The notes under the pieces are model-generated. The model was not told where the DNA came from and searched no databases. It saw only the letters and a list, made by a program, of their open reading frames with translations. The translations under genes and the position numbers were made by a program. Shown here one piece after another: positions 26,886 to 39,100 of a DNA stretch of 64,000 nt (position 1 is the stretch's first letter; each line of letters starts with the position of its first letter). The DNA is from Trichosphaerium sp. ATCC 40318 (Eukaryota; Protista; Tubulinea), in contig JALMLS010000322.1 in assembly GCA_038496445.1 (NCBI GenBank), forward strand, positions 558,001 through 622,000. The letters are read 5' to 3'.

Positions 26886-28274
26886 ATGTCAAGCCCTGCA
26901 GATACTGTTCTTTGCTCAATCGATACCCTGTATATGGTTTGTGGTGCCTGTGACAGCTTTCAAACGATATTGTATTTATCAAGTACAAACCTTACCATTT
27001 CGTTAATACTACGCAACTACAAGGCAGTATTGTATCTTTTCAAAGAGAAATGGCCATGTACACTTCATTGGGGTCCAAAAAGCCGTTGGCCTGTCGATGT
27101 ACTGAACTCTTCGTCATGGAAGGATGTAGTTTATTTCGCTTCATTTATGGAGTACAAACAAAACGTGCGTGTTGCAAAAAACAGTCAGTGAACCATGTTA
27201 GAATTTGTTTTTTTTAATTATTGTATTACAGGCGCCTATTTCGCTCAAGGGAAGTGATATTAAACTTGATATCATCACAGGGCGTAGATACACTAGTTCC
27301 AAAGATAACAAACCTCTGTTTGGGTCACGATGTCAGCCTCTGTTTGTTAACTTTGAACATCAAAGAGATTCTTCTGATTGTTTGATGCTCCAAACATATG
27401 ACGGTCACCACTTGTGGCCTTCTCATCGCCTTTTTCCAAACTACATAGAGCATTTATTAACTAGTGATGTTCTCGTAGTTGCAAGTACCAACCAAATAAT
27501 TGGCATTGATGTAAAAACTGGCGATACAAAATGGATTGCAAAGATTGCTCTAGAGATACCTTTACTAGCTTACAGTAAGGATATTCTGGTTTGCCTTGAT
27601 GAACATGAACATGACGACTTATATAATCGCAAAATGGTTTGCTTGAGTTTGTCCACAGGTGCAACGCTATTACACAAAAGTAAGTGACTAACAAGTTCTA
27701 AGGCAAGATCTTATCAAAGAAAAACAGCATCTCAGGTATCCCAACAAAGGGATTTTTACATCTCTTTGCTAGTGAAGACCTCATAGCTATATCAAGATCA
27801 AGCCGTTTTGACCATACTACCAGAATCTATGACAGGAAATCAAGAGAGATTATTTTGATTTTACCATATTTGTGTGGTGGTTTTGAGTGTTTAAACGATA
27901 AAGTGTTTATCACTTCTGGAGCAAACATAAATTGTTACTCACTTAAAGCAATGGAATTAAGTCTCAAGTGGATTATGACCATGAAATACCAAGCAAGATT
28001 CTTATTACTTGAAGATGGAGCTATACTTACATATACTGGTCCTCACTATATTATGAAAGCTGAGTTGTGTTTGGTTGATTGTGATGGAAAAAAGAAATGG
28101 ACGTACATTTCGGATACTCATGGGAGGCGTAGGGATTTCTGTTACAATATTGATGTTGATGTTCGTTCTTCTCACGGTATCTATATTTTTTACTTATTAG
28201 ATGAAAAACCCAGAGTAATAGAGATGGTGAATTGGAAGGGTGAAAAAGTTTGGTGTAAATCTCTACAAAAGTAA
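26886..28274 (+). CDS. Degenerate F-box-like N-terminus + PQQ-like beta-propeller protein
   Basis: DTVLCSIDTLYMVCGACDSFQTILYLSSTN...LFKEKWP (F-box-like); IIGIDVKTGDTKW, VCLSLSTGATL, LVDCDGKKKW and MVNWKGEKVW blades; two short introns. Confidence 0.55.
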
Positions 28275-28424
28275 AGTATTCCAGCTAGTAGAGGATTGTT
28301 TCTTTGGTTTGTAAAATGGTCTCTCAAGTGTAGGTTTGGCTAAAATAAAGCACTCTCTTTATTGTATAAGTACACAAAAGCACATGTTGTAAATTGCATC
28401 CGGCTACTTTATTTTAAGTTATTT

Positions 28425-30124
28425 TTAATGTGGGAATTGCTTTGGCTCTTTTTTTTTAATAGAGTTCTGATAAGAGTATACTGCGTTTCGGACTTGAGCA
28501 TATGTCTTAGTCTCAGTCAATGCATCAATATAATGACAAGCCTGAGCTACATGTTCAAGTTTAAAGCACCAATATAAAGCCATGAGAGGATTGATAAAGA
28601 GCTTGCTTCCTCGAGTACTGAACAACAAAAACCGTCAGTACAACAAGAAACCAACATAATTTTGCTGAACTACAAATAGAAGTGAAGAAATCGAAAGGTG
28701 ATAAAAATAGTAAGGCAGGAATAAGATAAGAATTTTTTGTTTCTTGGTACCGTGGTGTGCTATGAAAATCTCCGAATTCTCCTTCGACTGCTGCCACTAT
28801 TGATGAAGCAACTATACTAACTTGCATGTGTTTATAAACATATCTTGATGCCTCTGCCATTAGTCTCACTTCTTCCATTTCCTATAAGTAAGTTTAAAAA
28901 AAAAGGTACAAGAAAAAGTCTTGAGAAAGAGGCTCAACCAGGCTTCTAGTATTTTTGTCCTTATGATACGGTACAACATCACAGTAAAGTATAACATAGT
29001 TTTACATTGAATTGAACTGAAAGCGCTTATAAATTGAGTTGTTTGTTCATTTTTTCAGCGAGTTAAAAAAAAAATACCTCATACCTTCATAGCACTAAAA
29101 CAACCCAAATACCCACCAGACTTTATCAACGACGAAATATTTTCAAGGTATTCCACGTGGCATACTCCGTGAAATGCATCAACACCAAAACCAATATTCA
29201 GCAAATACTTTTTAGGTACATTTTCGACCTTTGGGAAAAAAATAAGATATAATAACAAGTACAGGTTATCTCACATACCAAATTAACTGCAGCTATTGAC
29301 GCCATGTCTTCTGTTGGTGTACCAAGACCAGATTCATTACCTTTTTTTTCAATTAACAATAAAGACTATCACGTGATTTTCAAGCAACTCAAAACTCACC
29401 ACGCATCAAACTATCTGTTCCTCCGTCAGATAAAATAATACAGTCAATGTTTTCCCTTTTAATAACAGCTTGTAACGACTTCAACATTGGTACTACACCT
29501 CCACGTCCTTGAGTGTACACTTTAACCTCTTCACCCCTACACAATAAAGCTTTAGCTGTTGCAAGTTGACATAGGGAAATAGTTCGAGAGTACAAACAAT
29601 TGTTTTCTATGTTGAAAAAGTTCGCTTAAGTTTCTTTTCACACAGTTTACAAACCATGTGGAGCTTATCAATGTTCACGTGCCTGAGGCGAAACCAATCA
29701 CAAAGGTACTTCTCTGGAAAATAAGAGTCTTTGCCTGAGACTTTTGTGTCGGCTGTTACTTCGTATAAATCTTCCCCTTTCTTGACCTTTTTAGCGGGTT
29801 TGAGAGTGTAATCTGCTGTAAACGTCAAATTCCATAATGTCACTTTATAACCGCTCTATATAGCTGTTTAGAGATCTCGTGAGTGTCACGAGTTCAACGA
29901 ACGTTTTTTAAAGCAAAGTAAAGCGGTAAGCCTGAAAATACATCGTATCCTCCTCCACAGCCTGAAGTCTTATTAATGGAGGCGATTAAAGAAGAATTAC
30001 GCGTACCTGCTACTAAAATGCTCTTCGAGCCTTGTAAATCATCGAAAAATGGCAGTGACGTTAGCTTGAAAGCCGTTGATGCAACTTTATCCGATTTAAC
30101 TCCCTCTCTTTGTGCCTCAGCCAT
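28425..30124 (-). CDS. DUF1152 family protein, multi-exon
   Basis: ILVAG|CGGGYDVFSGLPLY, YFPEKYL, DGGTDSLMRG-ESGLGTPTEDMAS, GFGVDAFHGVCH, SIVAAVEGEFGDFH, LFINPLMALYWCF. Confidence 0.8.
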
Positions 30125-30803
30125 GTTTTTTGAATAATTTTGTCTGACACTAAAACGTGATTCACAAAACACTCTTTCGGCTAATGGTGGCACATGTCAA
30201 CAACTTCACTTATCTCTTGGGGTGGTGGTTTGACCTCAGCATAGGCCAGACAAGGCTGTTGTTCTTTGGCATGAACTAAAGAAGCAAAGTAAAAGCTTCA
30301 AGTCGCAGATTGCTAGCTCCAAATGAAGAATCGAACCGAGCATACTTGGAGTAACTCCAACGTATAATGTCATCACGTGCTCCACACAATGTTGAACACC
30401 CATGCAGGAAACCGTTTGCAAGTGTATTAAACAGCGTAAACACGAGCTATTTATTGCCGTACAAAAATTGGTCGCTAGTTGCTAGCGTCACATGTTATTC
30501 TTTCTAAAACAAATACAATGAACCTGTTTTAATGGGTCGTTTTGCCCTGGTATCTTTTTTGTTTCACCAACCTGAGACAAGCAAACGCGGATACTCCGAA
30601 CAGGGTACCAACACGACGCGTTTAGGAACCTTTTCGAGTATTCCGGACTAAAACATTGAATTTGGCCTTTTTTTGGTTTAAGGCTCAGCTGTTTTAGTAC
30701 ACAAAACACATTCACAAGCGCAGCAAGCACTCACACTATAGAAAACTCTATACAAGTATATTCACACACTAAACGAAACGAAAACACAAAACAAACCTAA
30801 ACG

Positions 30804-33296
30804 ATGGCTACAAGCACTATTTTCAGCTTGCTTGTACTCACTGTATTTGTTTTTGCAATATCATGCAATGCACGCACTCTCTGGTCTTCTTCATGGGACG
30901 GCAACATTAACTCCAAAATGAGGATAGTCTCAGGTAAATACGGCCAAAGAACTGTACAGGGGCAATTCATCAGTCAAAGTGGCGGTAGAGTCGTCGAGGG
31001 AAACAAGCTAAAAGTAACCTACGGCAGTGTAAGCGATATGGGTGGTAAATCTCCAACCTGGAGCGGTATTAACATGCGTATTGCGCCAACAGATATCTCA
31101 CGCTACAACAAACTCTGCTTAAGGTTAGCAATAGCGCTTTTTCAAGACCAAATACGCATGCAATAACGATTTTGTCGTATACGACTTCAAAACTATCTTA
31201 CTCACCGCTGTTGTTTAGTTACGAGCTTAAGATTCCTTCTGGCACCGACTGGAAAAAAGGAGGTAAACTACCTGGATTCTATGGTACAACTGGCAGTAAT
31301 ACGCCAAATGGATGCAGTGGTGGTAAATCCGTTCGTGATTGCTTCACTACACGTTTCATGTGGCGCTCAGGCGGACGTGCTGAGATTTACGCTTACATAC
31401 CAGAACCAAGAGAAGGGTACGTGCTTTTTAGAGTAATAGAAATAAAGTCGGTTGCTAACACTAATCCTTAGCTGGAGTTCATTCTGTAGACGAGGTGACG
31501 TACTTTGTAATGACAGGTTTGGAGAGTCTCTAAACAGAGGCTCTTGGAATTTCCTTGCAGATGGTCGCTACCACGTTATTTCACAAGAGATTCAATTAAA
31601 CACTGCTGGACAGGCTAACGGCTATGTTAAAATGTTCCTTGATGGAAGACAAAGAAGTCATGCAAAAGGCATTACTTTGAGAACAAACGGTAATGTCAGA
31701 TTCAAGGGAATTCAATTTGAATCATTCTATGGTGGTACGTACCTCAGAAACAAAAAGAAGCGATGCCTTGACTCTTTTTTGATTGTTTTGGCATTTCTTT
31801 AGACAAATGCGAATTCACATCTAATATGTTCGCGTACAGGAGGAAATCCATCTTACACACCTGGTTCAAGACAGTACATGACTTTTGGAAGAGTAACAAT
31901 ATCAACAAGTTGTGACGGAGGAAGTAGTCCCCCACCACCTCCACCACCTCCACCACCTCCACCAAGACCACTACCAATGGGAAACCCACCTCCTCCACCT
32001 CCACCTCCAGCCCGTTCTGGTAATCTTCTTAGTAGCCCTGGTATGTACAAAACAGTTTTTGATTACCGTGATATGTGTATTCTTAAACAAAAGGTCTTAC
32101 ACTAAGATAGGCTTTGAGAAAGGAATTGGTCCTTGGAAAAGACATGGAAGTTCTTCGTTGGGTACTACTACACAACGGGTCAAAAGCGGACGTAACAGCG
32201 GTAGCTGTTATAACAGGTACAGTCCAAATTTTATAAGTCTAGCTAATACGAATACAGGCGCGCCAATTGGAACGGTGCCAGTGTTGATCTTAGAAGAATT
32301 GCTAGTGGCGCAAGGAGAGGTCAGAAATTAACATTCTCCACATGGGTCTACATCAACCAAGGTGGCAGTCACAATTTCAAAGCAACAATCAAGTACGACC
32401 TTGCTTTTGTTGATTTTTCTACTTAACTCCGTGTGAGACTGACATGAGTACTATAGATCTGAAAATCAGTACGTTACTGTTGCATACAAACGAATTCAAG
32501 GGCATAGATGGACGCAAGTTAGCGGTGAGCCTTGGTTTTTTTTTAGAAGTTTTTTCTTTGTTTTTTCTGATCTCTTGGGAACTGACAGTTTCATAATAGG
32601 CACAGCAAATCTACCAAAAGATACCAACTCTGCTCGCGAAATGATACTTTATTTGGAAGGACCAAACTCAGGTACAGTTTTTGTTACAAATTTGTGTGCG
32701 TGGCTAAAACTCGTTCAGGCGTTTCATTCTTCTTTGATGACGCATACCTCTCAGTAGCGGGTTCACGGGGAAGCAGTCCACCACCTCCACCTCCTCCACC
32801 TCCTCCTCCACCTCCACGACAAACTGGCGGTGGTAATAGCGGAAACAGTTTGTCTGGAGACAAAGCATGCGTTCTCAGTACAATCCAACAGAACAGCATT
32901 AAGTCAAGATCCAGCTTCACTGTTAAGGTTCAATACTCAAGTACCAGAACACAAAACCTACGTATGTCCTTCTACCCAGCTTGAAAATAACGAGATTACT
33001 GATTTTTTTCTTTTTTTCAGGTGTATCTTTGTTCAACGGAAAAAAATACATTGAAACGAAACGTATTCAGGTCAATCGCGGACAGGGCACCAAAGATGTA
33101 CGTCTTACAGCCTATTTGTAATTTTACTTTTCCTCTCAAAAGAGATACGAGTGTTCATGGGTTTGACTGGATACTCTAGGTTACTATAAACCATAAAAAC
33201 AAATATGGAAATCAAATCAAAGTAAGTCTTGAGGATGGTGACTGGAGAAGTGCAAGATTCGCAAAGTACTACCCATTGGGTAAAACAGGTTGTTAA
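30804..33296 (+). CDS. Secreted polysaccharide lyase family 14 (alginate/glucuronan lyase-like) + poly-Pro linker + CBM4/9-like module + poly-Pro linker + C-terminal domain
   Basis: Signal peptide; WKKGGKLPGFYG, CFTTRFMWRSGGRAEIYAY, FGESLNRGSWNF, LNTAGQANGYVKMFLDG, FESFYGG; GNLLSSPGFEKGIGPW...YNRRANWNG...FFFDD; ends YYPLGKTGC*. Confidence 0.82.
31920..32010 (+). repeat. (CCA/CCT)n poly-proline linker 1
   Basis: GSSPPPPPPPPPPPRPLPMGNPPPPPPPPA; a similar GSS-P(n) linker recurs at 32769-32817. Confidence 0.9.
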
Positions 33297-33545
33297 GCTC
33301 GACAAGAAGAGAATCACCTCTAATATATCACCACATTATTCACATTTTGGACTTTACTTATTCGTTTGAATACAATGCACCTTGTGGTTAGTTAATGTCT
33401 TTACCCACTGCGAATGCTCACTATTGATTTGGCAGTTGTACTAAAAGTGTCAATCGATTGTAGCTGTACAGCGACACTTCATTGAGAGCGAAATTAGGCG
33501 AAAATTGTTTGGTGAACTAATGGTTTTGAAAAGGCGGTTTAAAAC

Positions 33546-34775
33546 ATGTCGACAACCTCTGAACCTCTCTCGTTGGATTATTTACCTTTAGAAGTACTCG
33601 CCACATTACTGTCATTTGCTGAGACGAGAGAAACTCTTGCAACAGTGATTCAAGTATCTAAATGGCTTTCTTCAGGCGTTAGAGCGACTTCTTTATGGAT
33701 GGTGCGATAGTAGCAAGTTAAAACGCGTTTTTCCGCCTAAATAACATAGGATATGCACACAGTTTATACCGCCGCACCTATCACCCAAGAAAATACAATG
33801 TACTCTATAACAGCAATTCAAGTGGATCCGATTGAAAATAAGGTACCGTTACGCATATTTACATCGTATTCGAAGCTTCATACGTATTATAAAAGGGTGC
33901 TAAATGTCCTTTTAGTTATACGCTGTTGAAAACGATAATTGGGGCGGATGGCAAGGTAAATTGCACGTTATTGACTTGAGTGACGAAACAAAAAGCGTTT
34001 TGTTGCAGTCTGACCCTCCACTTGATAATAATGTGTTTTTTGGCTTAACTAAAGTACCTAATGGTCCTCTTTACATCAGCAGTACTGGGTACCGAACATG
34101 GGTTGCAAGCGTAGATGTTGATGCAAAAGAGCTTAAGTTAGCACCGTTTGGAAGCTCTACTGGTAGTATGTGTTCTTCTGAAGATGGTAAACAGATCTTT
34201 CTTGCACGTGATGTTGAGAATGATGTTATTTCAATTGATACTAAAACGAAAGTTTGCACGACTTTGATTGCTGCTCGTGACAGCCATTTTCGTGCGTTGG
34301 TATGAATACTTTGAAGTTTTTTTTTCAAATTTTCGTCTGCAATGCCTGACCACGTGGTGGACGCAATTGTTTTTTGCCATTGTTATTTTGAAGTTTTTCT
34401 AATTGTTATTAGCTTGATATGCCTACTGGATGTATTTTAGATAAAGATACTCTATACATTGCAGACTCGAACAATCACAGAATATTGTCAATGCCAAGAA
34501 ATGGTAAAGCTAAACCCAACGTTTTTGCATCTTTGCCTGCACGTCCATTGGATATCTGCTTGGGCAATAAAGGTCATCTATATGTTGCAACTATGTCTGG
34601 TATTTATAAGGTATACCCTCAATCTAGAAGTTGGTTCAGATTAAGAGTATCGAAGAGGATGGGTGTTGTAAAGAGTTTGAGTTTTTGTGATGGTTATTTG
34701 TATGTTGCTTGTTTAAACAATCGAGTAACTGCGATTAGAACTACAATATACAAAGTGAATGTTGAAGTATACTAG
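33546..34775 (+). CDS. F-box + NHL/SMP-30-type beta-propeller protein
   Basis: LDYLPLEVLATLLSFAETRETLATVIQVSKWL F-box; MPTGCILDKDTLYIADSNNHRI NHL repeat; PLDICLGNKGHLYVA. Confidence 0.8.
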
Positions 34776-34963
34776 TAATGTAATAAAACATGTAACCTCT
34801 AATATGTGTGGATTTGTACTATGTGCTCTTAGAGACAGCTGCTGTTATTTCAATGAAGCACTCTTTCAGACGACTACCAACAAAAGAAGAAACAATGTGA
34901 CCCCTTTGCGATGAGACAGGACAGGTTTAGAGTAATGATGTATTGTTATTTTGTTTTATTGTA

Positions 34964-35929
34964 TCAATTGTAGTCATACTTTGGCGTAAAGAAAATAGTA
35001 TTTACAATTTGTGTAAACCAATAAAGTTGCAGACCATATAATCCAACTAACGAAAAATGTTGAATAACAGGTGCTTTTTTAAAGTCCTTATTAAAGTACT
35101 TCCATGCTGCATAATATACACATGGTATACCGATTACTCGTGTAAGAAAATATGTAGAAGCGAAGGCAACGTTGACCATATCATATATAGGTTCATTATC
35201 CATGTGTAGCTTGAAAAGAAAGTAACGCAAGTTCAAAAAAATAGAAGACATCTCAACTGATAGTGCAAAACTAATCAACGGCTCTGCTGTTGGTACACGA
35301 AGTATTGATGTTCCTATTTAAATCAATTAGGTATTAACTAAATTTAAAACACGTGATCACATCACGTGAAAATAAGTTTGGAATCCATTTTAGATGAAAG
35401 GTCAGAAAAAGCTGAAATGTGAAGAGGAAACTTGCCTACGGCTAAAGCAACACCATGGTGAAACCAGAAATCATATTCATTGGTTCCATTGACTACAGTA
35501 TCATGTAGAAGGTATCCCATTAGTACAGAGACTGCGTCAAGGTTATGTTCTTTGTATAGAGCGCCATCATATATCGATCTAGCAACTTGGTGTAACACAA
35601 ATCCTGAAAGAGGTTTTTAGAAATTGAAGTTTCTTTACTCCGCTCACAACTGTTGTGAATATTTTTTGTGTTGGCGTACCAGTCATGCCAACAGCAGTGA
35701 TAAGAGAAAGGCCATAGAATGATGACTTGTTCAAGTCTGGTAAATGTCGAAATGTAGGACTTTGTTGAAAGTACGAATAAATAAGGGGACGTAAGCAAAA
35801 GAACGTCGCAAAGCTCGTAGCAGCTATTATGCTATATCTAAGTGCTGATGACTTTTGTTTGCTTTTCTCATGTGACGTCATGGCGCCATTGGTTTCTTCA
35901 CGGTCGCTTACGCCTAGTACCGTGCCCAT
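34964..35929 (-). CDS. TLC (TRAM/LAG1/CLN8) domain membrane protein, TMEM56/TLCD-like
   Basis: MGYLLHDT, FWFHHGVAL, VEMSSIFLNLRYF, FASTYFLTRV, LQLYWFTQIV. Confidence 0.85.
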
Positions 35930-36124
35930 TTAGTTTTTTATGTCGGCAAGAAGAATTAAACGCTTGTTTGAGTTGTCGTGTTCATTATATACGCGAGAAA
36001 ACGCGAACTTTGTAATAACAATTCCGAAATAACAAAACGCTAAGCGAGCTTCCTTAAAAATTGTGTTGTATTGAATTGAACTATGATAATAAGAGCTTTT
36101 CAGGCATAATTATAGTATAGAGTA

Positions 36125-39100
36125 ATGCACGAACCCGTTAATCAACCGCTTATTCAGGAGCGCTCTATTGTTATCGAGAACCTTCCCAGTCGCGTAACAA
36201 CACGCGCTGTACGGCATTTATGCGAAATTCGAAAACAGTTACCAGTCAAACAAATAAGACTCGTTGTGTGCGTAGCTACAATAGTATTAGCGCGAATTTT
36301 ACCACTAAGGATGTTCTGCGTGCTTTTCATTTACACTACATTTAGTAAACCGGAAGATCCTGAAACGCGCTATTGCTTTCTGGAGTTAGCTTCTGCGTCG
36401 TTGATTGACAAGGCCGTTGAAGAGTTGAGTGGTACGCGTTTATTTTATTTTATCATACATCGCTCACAAATGTATGTAAAGGCCAGTTTATACACCATTT
36501 ACACGTCAGCGTTGTGCGATGTACTGAAAGTGGAACCCCGGCGCCATTACCGCTGACAATAACCAACTTATCCAAGAGACAACAAATGACAAAGCTCCGC
36601 AGAGTTCTAGAAGGTACGTACCGTTTTGATCGAATTTAGAAAAAAAAACCCAACGAGATGAAGCGGTACTTCACCATCCGTAGCGTTCTATTAGCTTACA
36701 AACAACGTTACAGTTGTTCCGCCTCGTGCTTCACGTAGTAGAATTTAGCGTATACCCCTAAATTTCATTTCTGCTTCTCACGCATTTCTAGAAGCCAAAA
36801 TTGGCGTACTAGAACATTGGGTATTTCTTGAAGAGTTTGTAGTATTATACGAGGACAAAGATGATTTTAGACCTTTGAAATCAAAGTATAAAGATGTCCT
36901 AGTGTCCAAAGCTGTTATGGACTTATTGACAGACGTGAGTAAACAACAAAAAAAAATTTCTTTATCTGATAGCTCTGCTCCAAATCAACTTTCACGTGGT
37001 GTTTGTTTTCCTATCTTACGAAAAAAAATCTTACGCATCGAGTTTTTGGTATTTCTTCTCTTGTACTCTCATCACATCATTTACATTTATTTTAATAGCA
37101 TACCCTGGTTAAAAACTTAAGCTACACACAGCTTTGCAATATGTTAAAAGTATTGCGTATACTTGGTAGAATGCGTGAGTCATTTTTCTTTTTTCCTTTT
37201 TTTCTTTTTTGGATTATCAAGTTCGTTCGACTAAATTGACTTCTGAACCTAGCTGATAATGTGCAAACACTCAATAAGCGTGGATTAGAGTTTTTACTTA
37301 CAATTCTAAAGTTGTATGCTGTTAAGAACGTCATGGTACTTTCAGAAGCATGTGCAGCATTACAGAACTTTGCACTTGATGGTTAGTATTCTTTAAGAAT
37401 TTTTTTTGTTTTCTTTTATCTTGACAAGCACTCACGGAGACTTGTTGAGGTTTGATAACCACAATGCTAACAAAGGTTTTTGTAGAGCACAACAAAAAGA
37501 AAATAACAGATATGGGAGGCGTAGCACTCATTCAGACTTTTCTACAGCAGCATGCTTCGCATCCTGACTTGATTACAAAGTGTTGCGGTGTTTTAATGAA
37601 TCTAGCCATGCGTGGTACGTACATTAATATAAACACTAATACGCGCTTAACGTGTATTAAGTACCTATCCTATTATGTCTTTCTCAAATTGTTTTTTTTG
37701 TAGAGGGCAATAGAGAAGTAATAAAGGCGTGTATAACTCTTATCATTGATTCAATGAAATCGTTCATGCATATTTCTCCTCTGCAAAAAAATGCTTGTGG
37801 CGCAATTAGGAATATAGCTTTGAGTGGTATGTTTATTTGGGTAGAACGCCTTTAGTTCTAGAGTAAGACCATTTCGTTACTTTTCTCACTTGTTGTTATA
37901 AGATGCCAACAAAGAAATGGTCATTCAGCTTGGTGCTATACCTTTGATTATAACAGTAATGTTGATTCACTCAGATCACCCAGAAGTTCAAGGTATGTTT
38001 AACCAATCAGATTAAACCGTTGTCCTTATTCTTATCTTTAGCAAACGCTTGTGGATGCTTAGTTAACCTCTCAAGGAAGGGTATGTTATTTCGTTAATCT
38101 ACAAGGCGTGTGTTTACGTACAATTTAGACGATGATGCAAAGAGGAGTATTGCTGATTTTAAAGGCATTGATAGAGTTCTAGAAACTATGCGTAGTCATA
38201 AGGGAGTACCTGAAGTCCAAGAATCAGCTATAGCGTGCTTGAGAAACTTAGCTGTAAATGGTTAGTTACTCTTGTTTTTATGTTTTAGAGTGAAGCATTA
38301 AACATGTTATTAGACAGTAACATGGCTAAAATTGAGCAAACTGGTGGTATAGGCGTAATAGTGGGCATGATGGAGCGCCATAAGTGGCGTCCACACGTTC
38401 AAAAGAGCGCTTGTGGAGCACTTCTTAATCTAGCAATTAGACGTGAGTCATTTGTACGTTGATATTGCGTAACACCCATATTAGCGGCTAATAGACACGT
38501 TATTGCGGTGGCAGGAGGTATTGAGTGGATAATAAGTGCAATGGTATTTCGCGTAGTCGAAAGGGTTTACGTGCTAAAATATTTGCTCTAGAGAACGCAT
38601 AGTAATAGTGATGATATACAGCAACATGGTATTGGAGCCCTTAGGAACATAGCACTAAACAGTATGCCATGAACTCTTCTCTTAACTTTTTTTTTTTGGC
38701 TTTCGAGCTATTCGCGTCTAAGCTTTATTGTAGAGGATCTTACATTACGGATAGCTGACCAAGGTGGTATAGATGTTATTCTACAAACTATGGAGCGACA
38801 CAAGAAAAAAGTAGCTCTACAAGTCGATTCTTGTGCTGCACTGTGGAACCTTTGTGCTAACGGTATTTGTTTCTTATTGCTACGGATAACCTTACTTATC
38901 GTTACCTTAGATGCACTTCTGCCAATTGTAGGCCAAAAAGGAGGTATTTCTCAGATTATACAAGCTCTAGGTCTTCATTCTGATCACTATGACCTTTATT
39001 ACCTTGCAATTGGTGCACTCTCTTGTCTTGTGTCTCATGGTACTCATTTTTTTTTTTTGTTTTGGTTAATGTTACTTTTAAGAGGAAAACGTCAAGAGGA

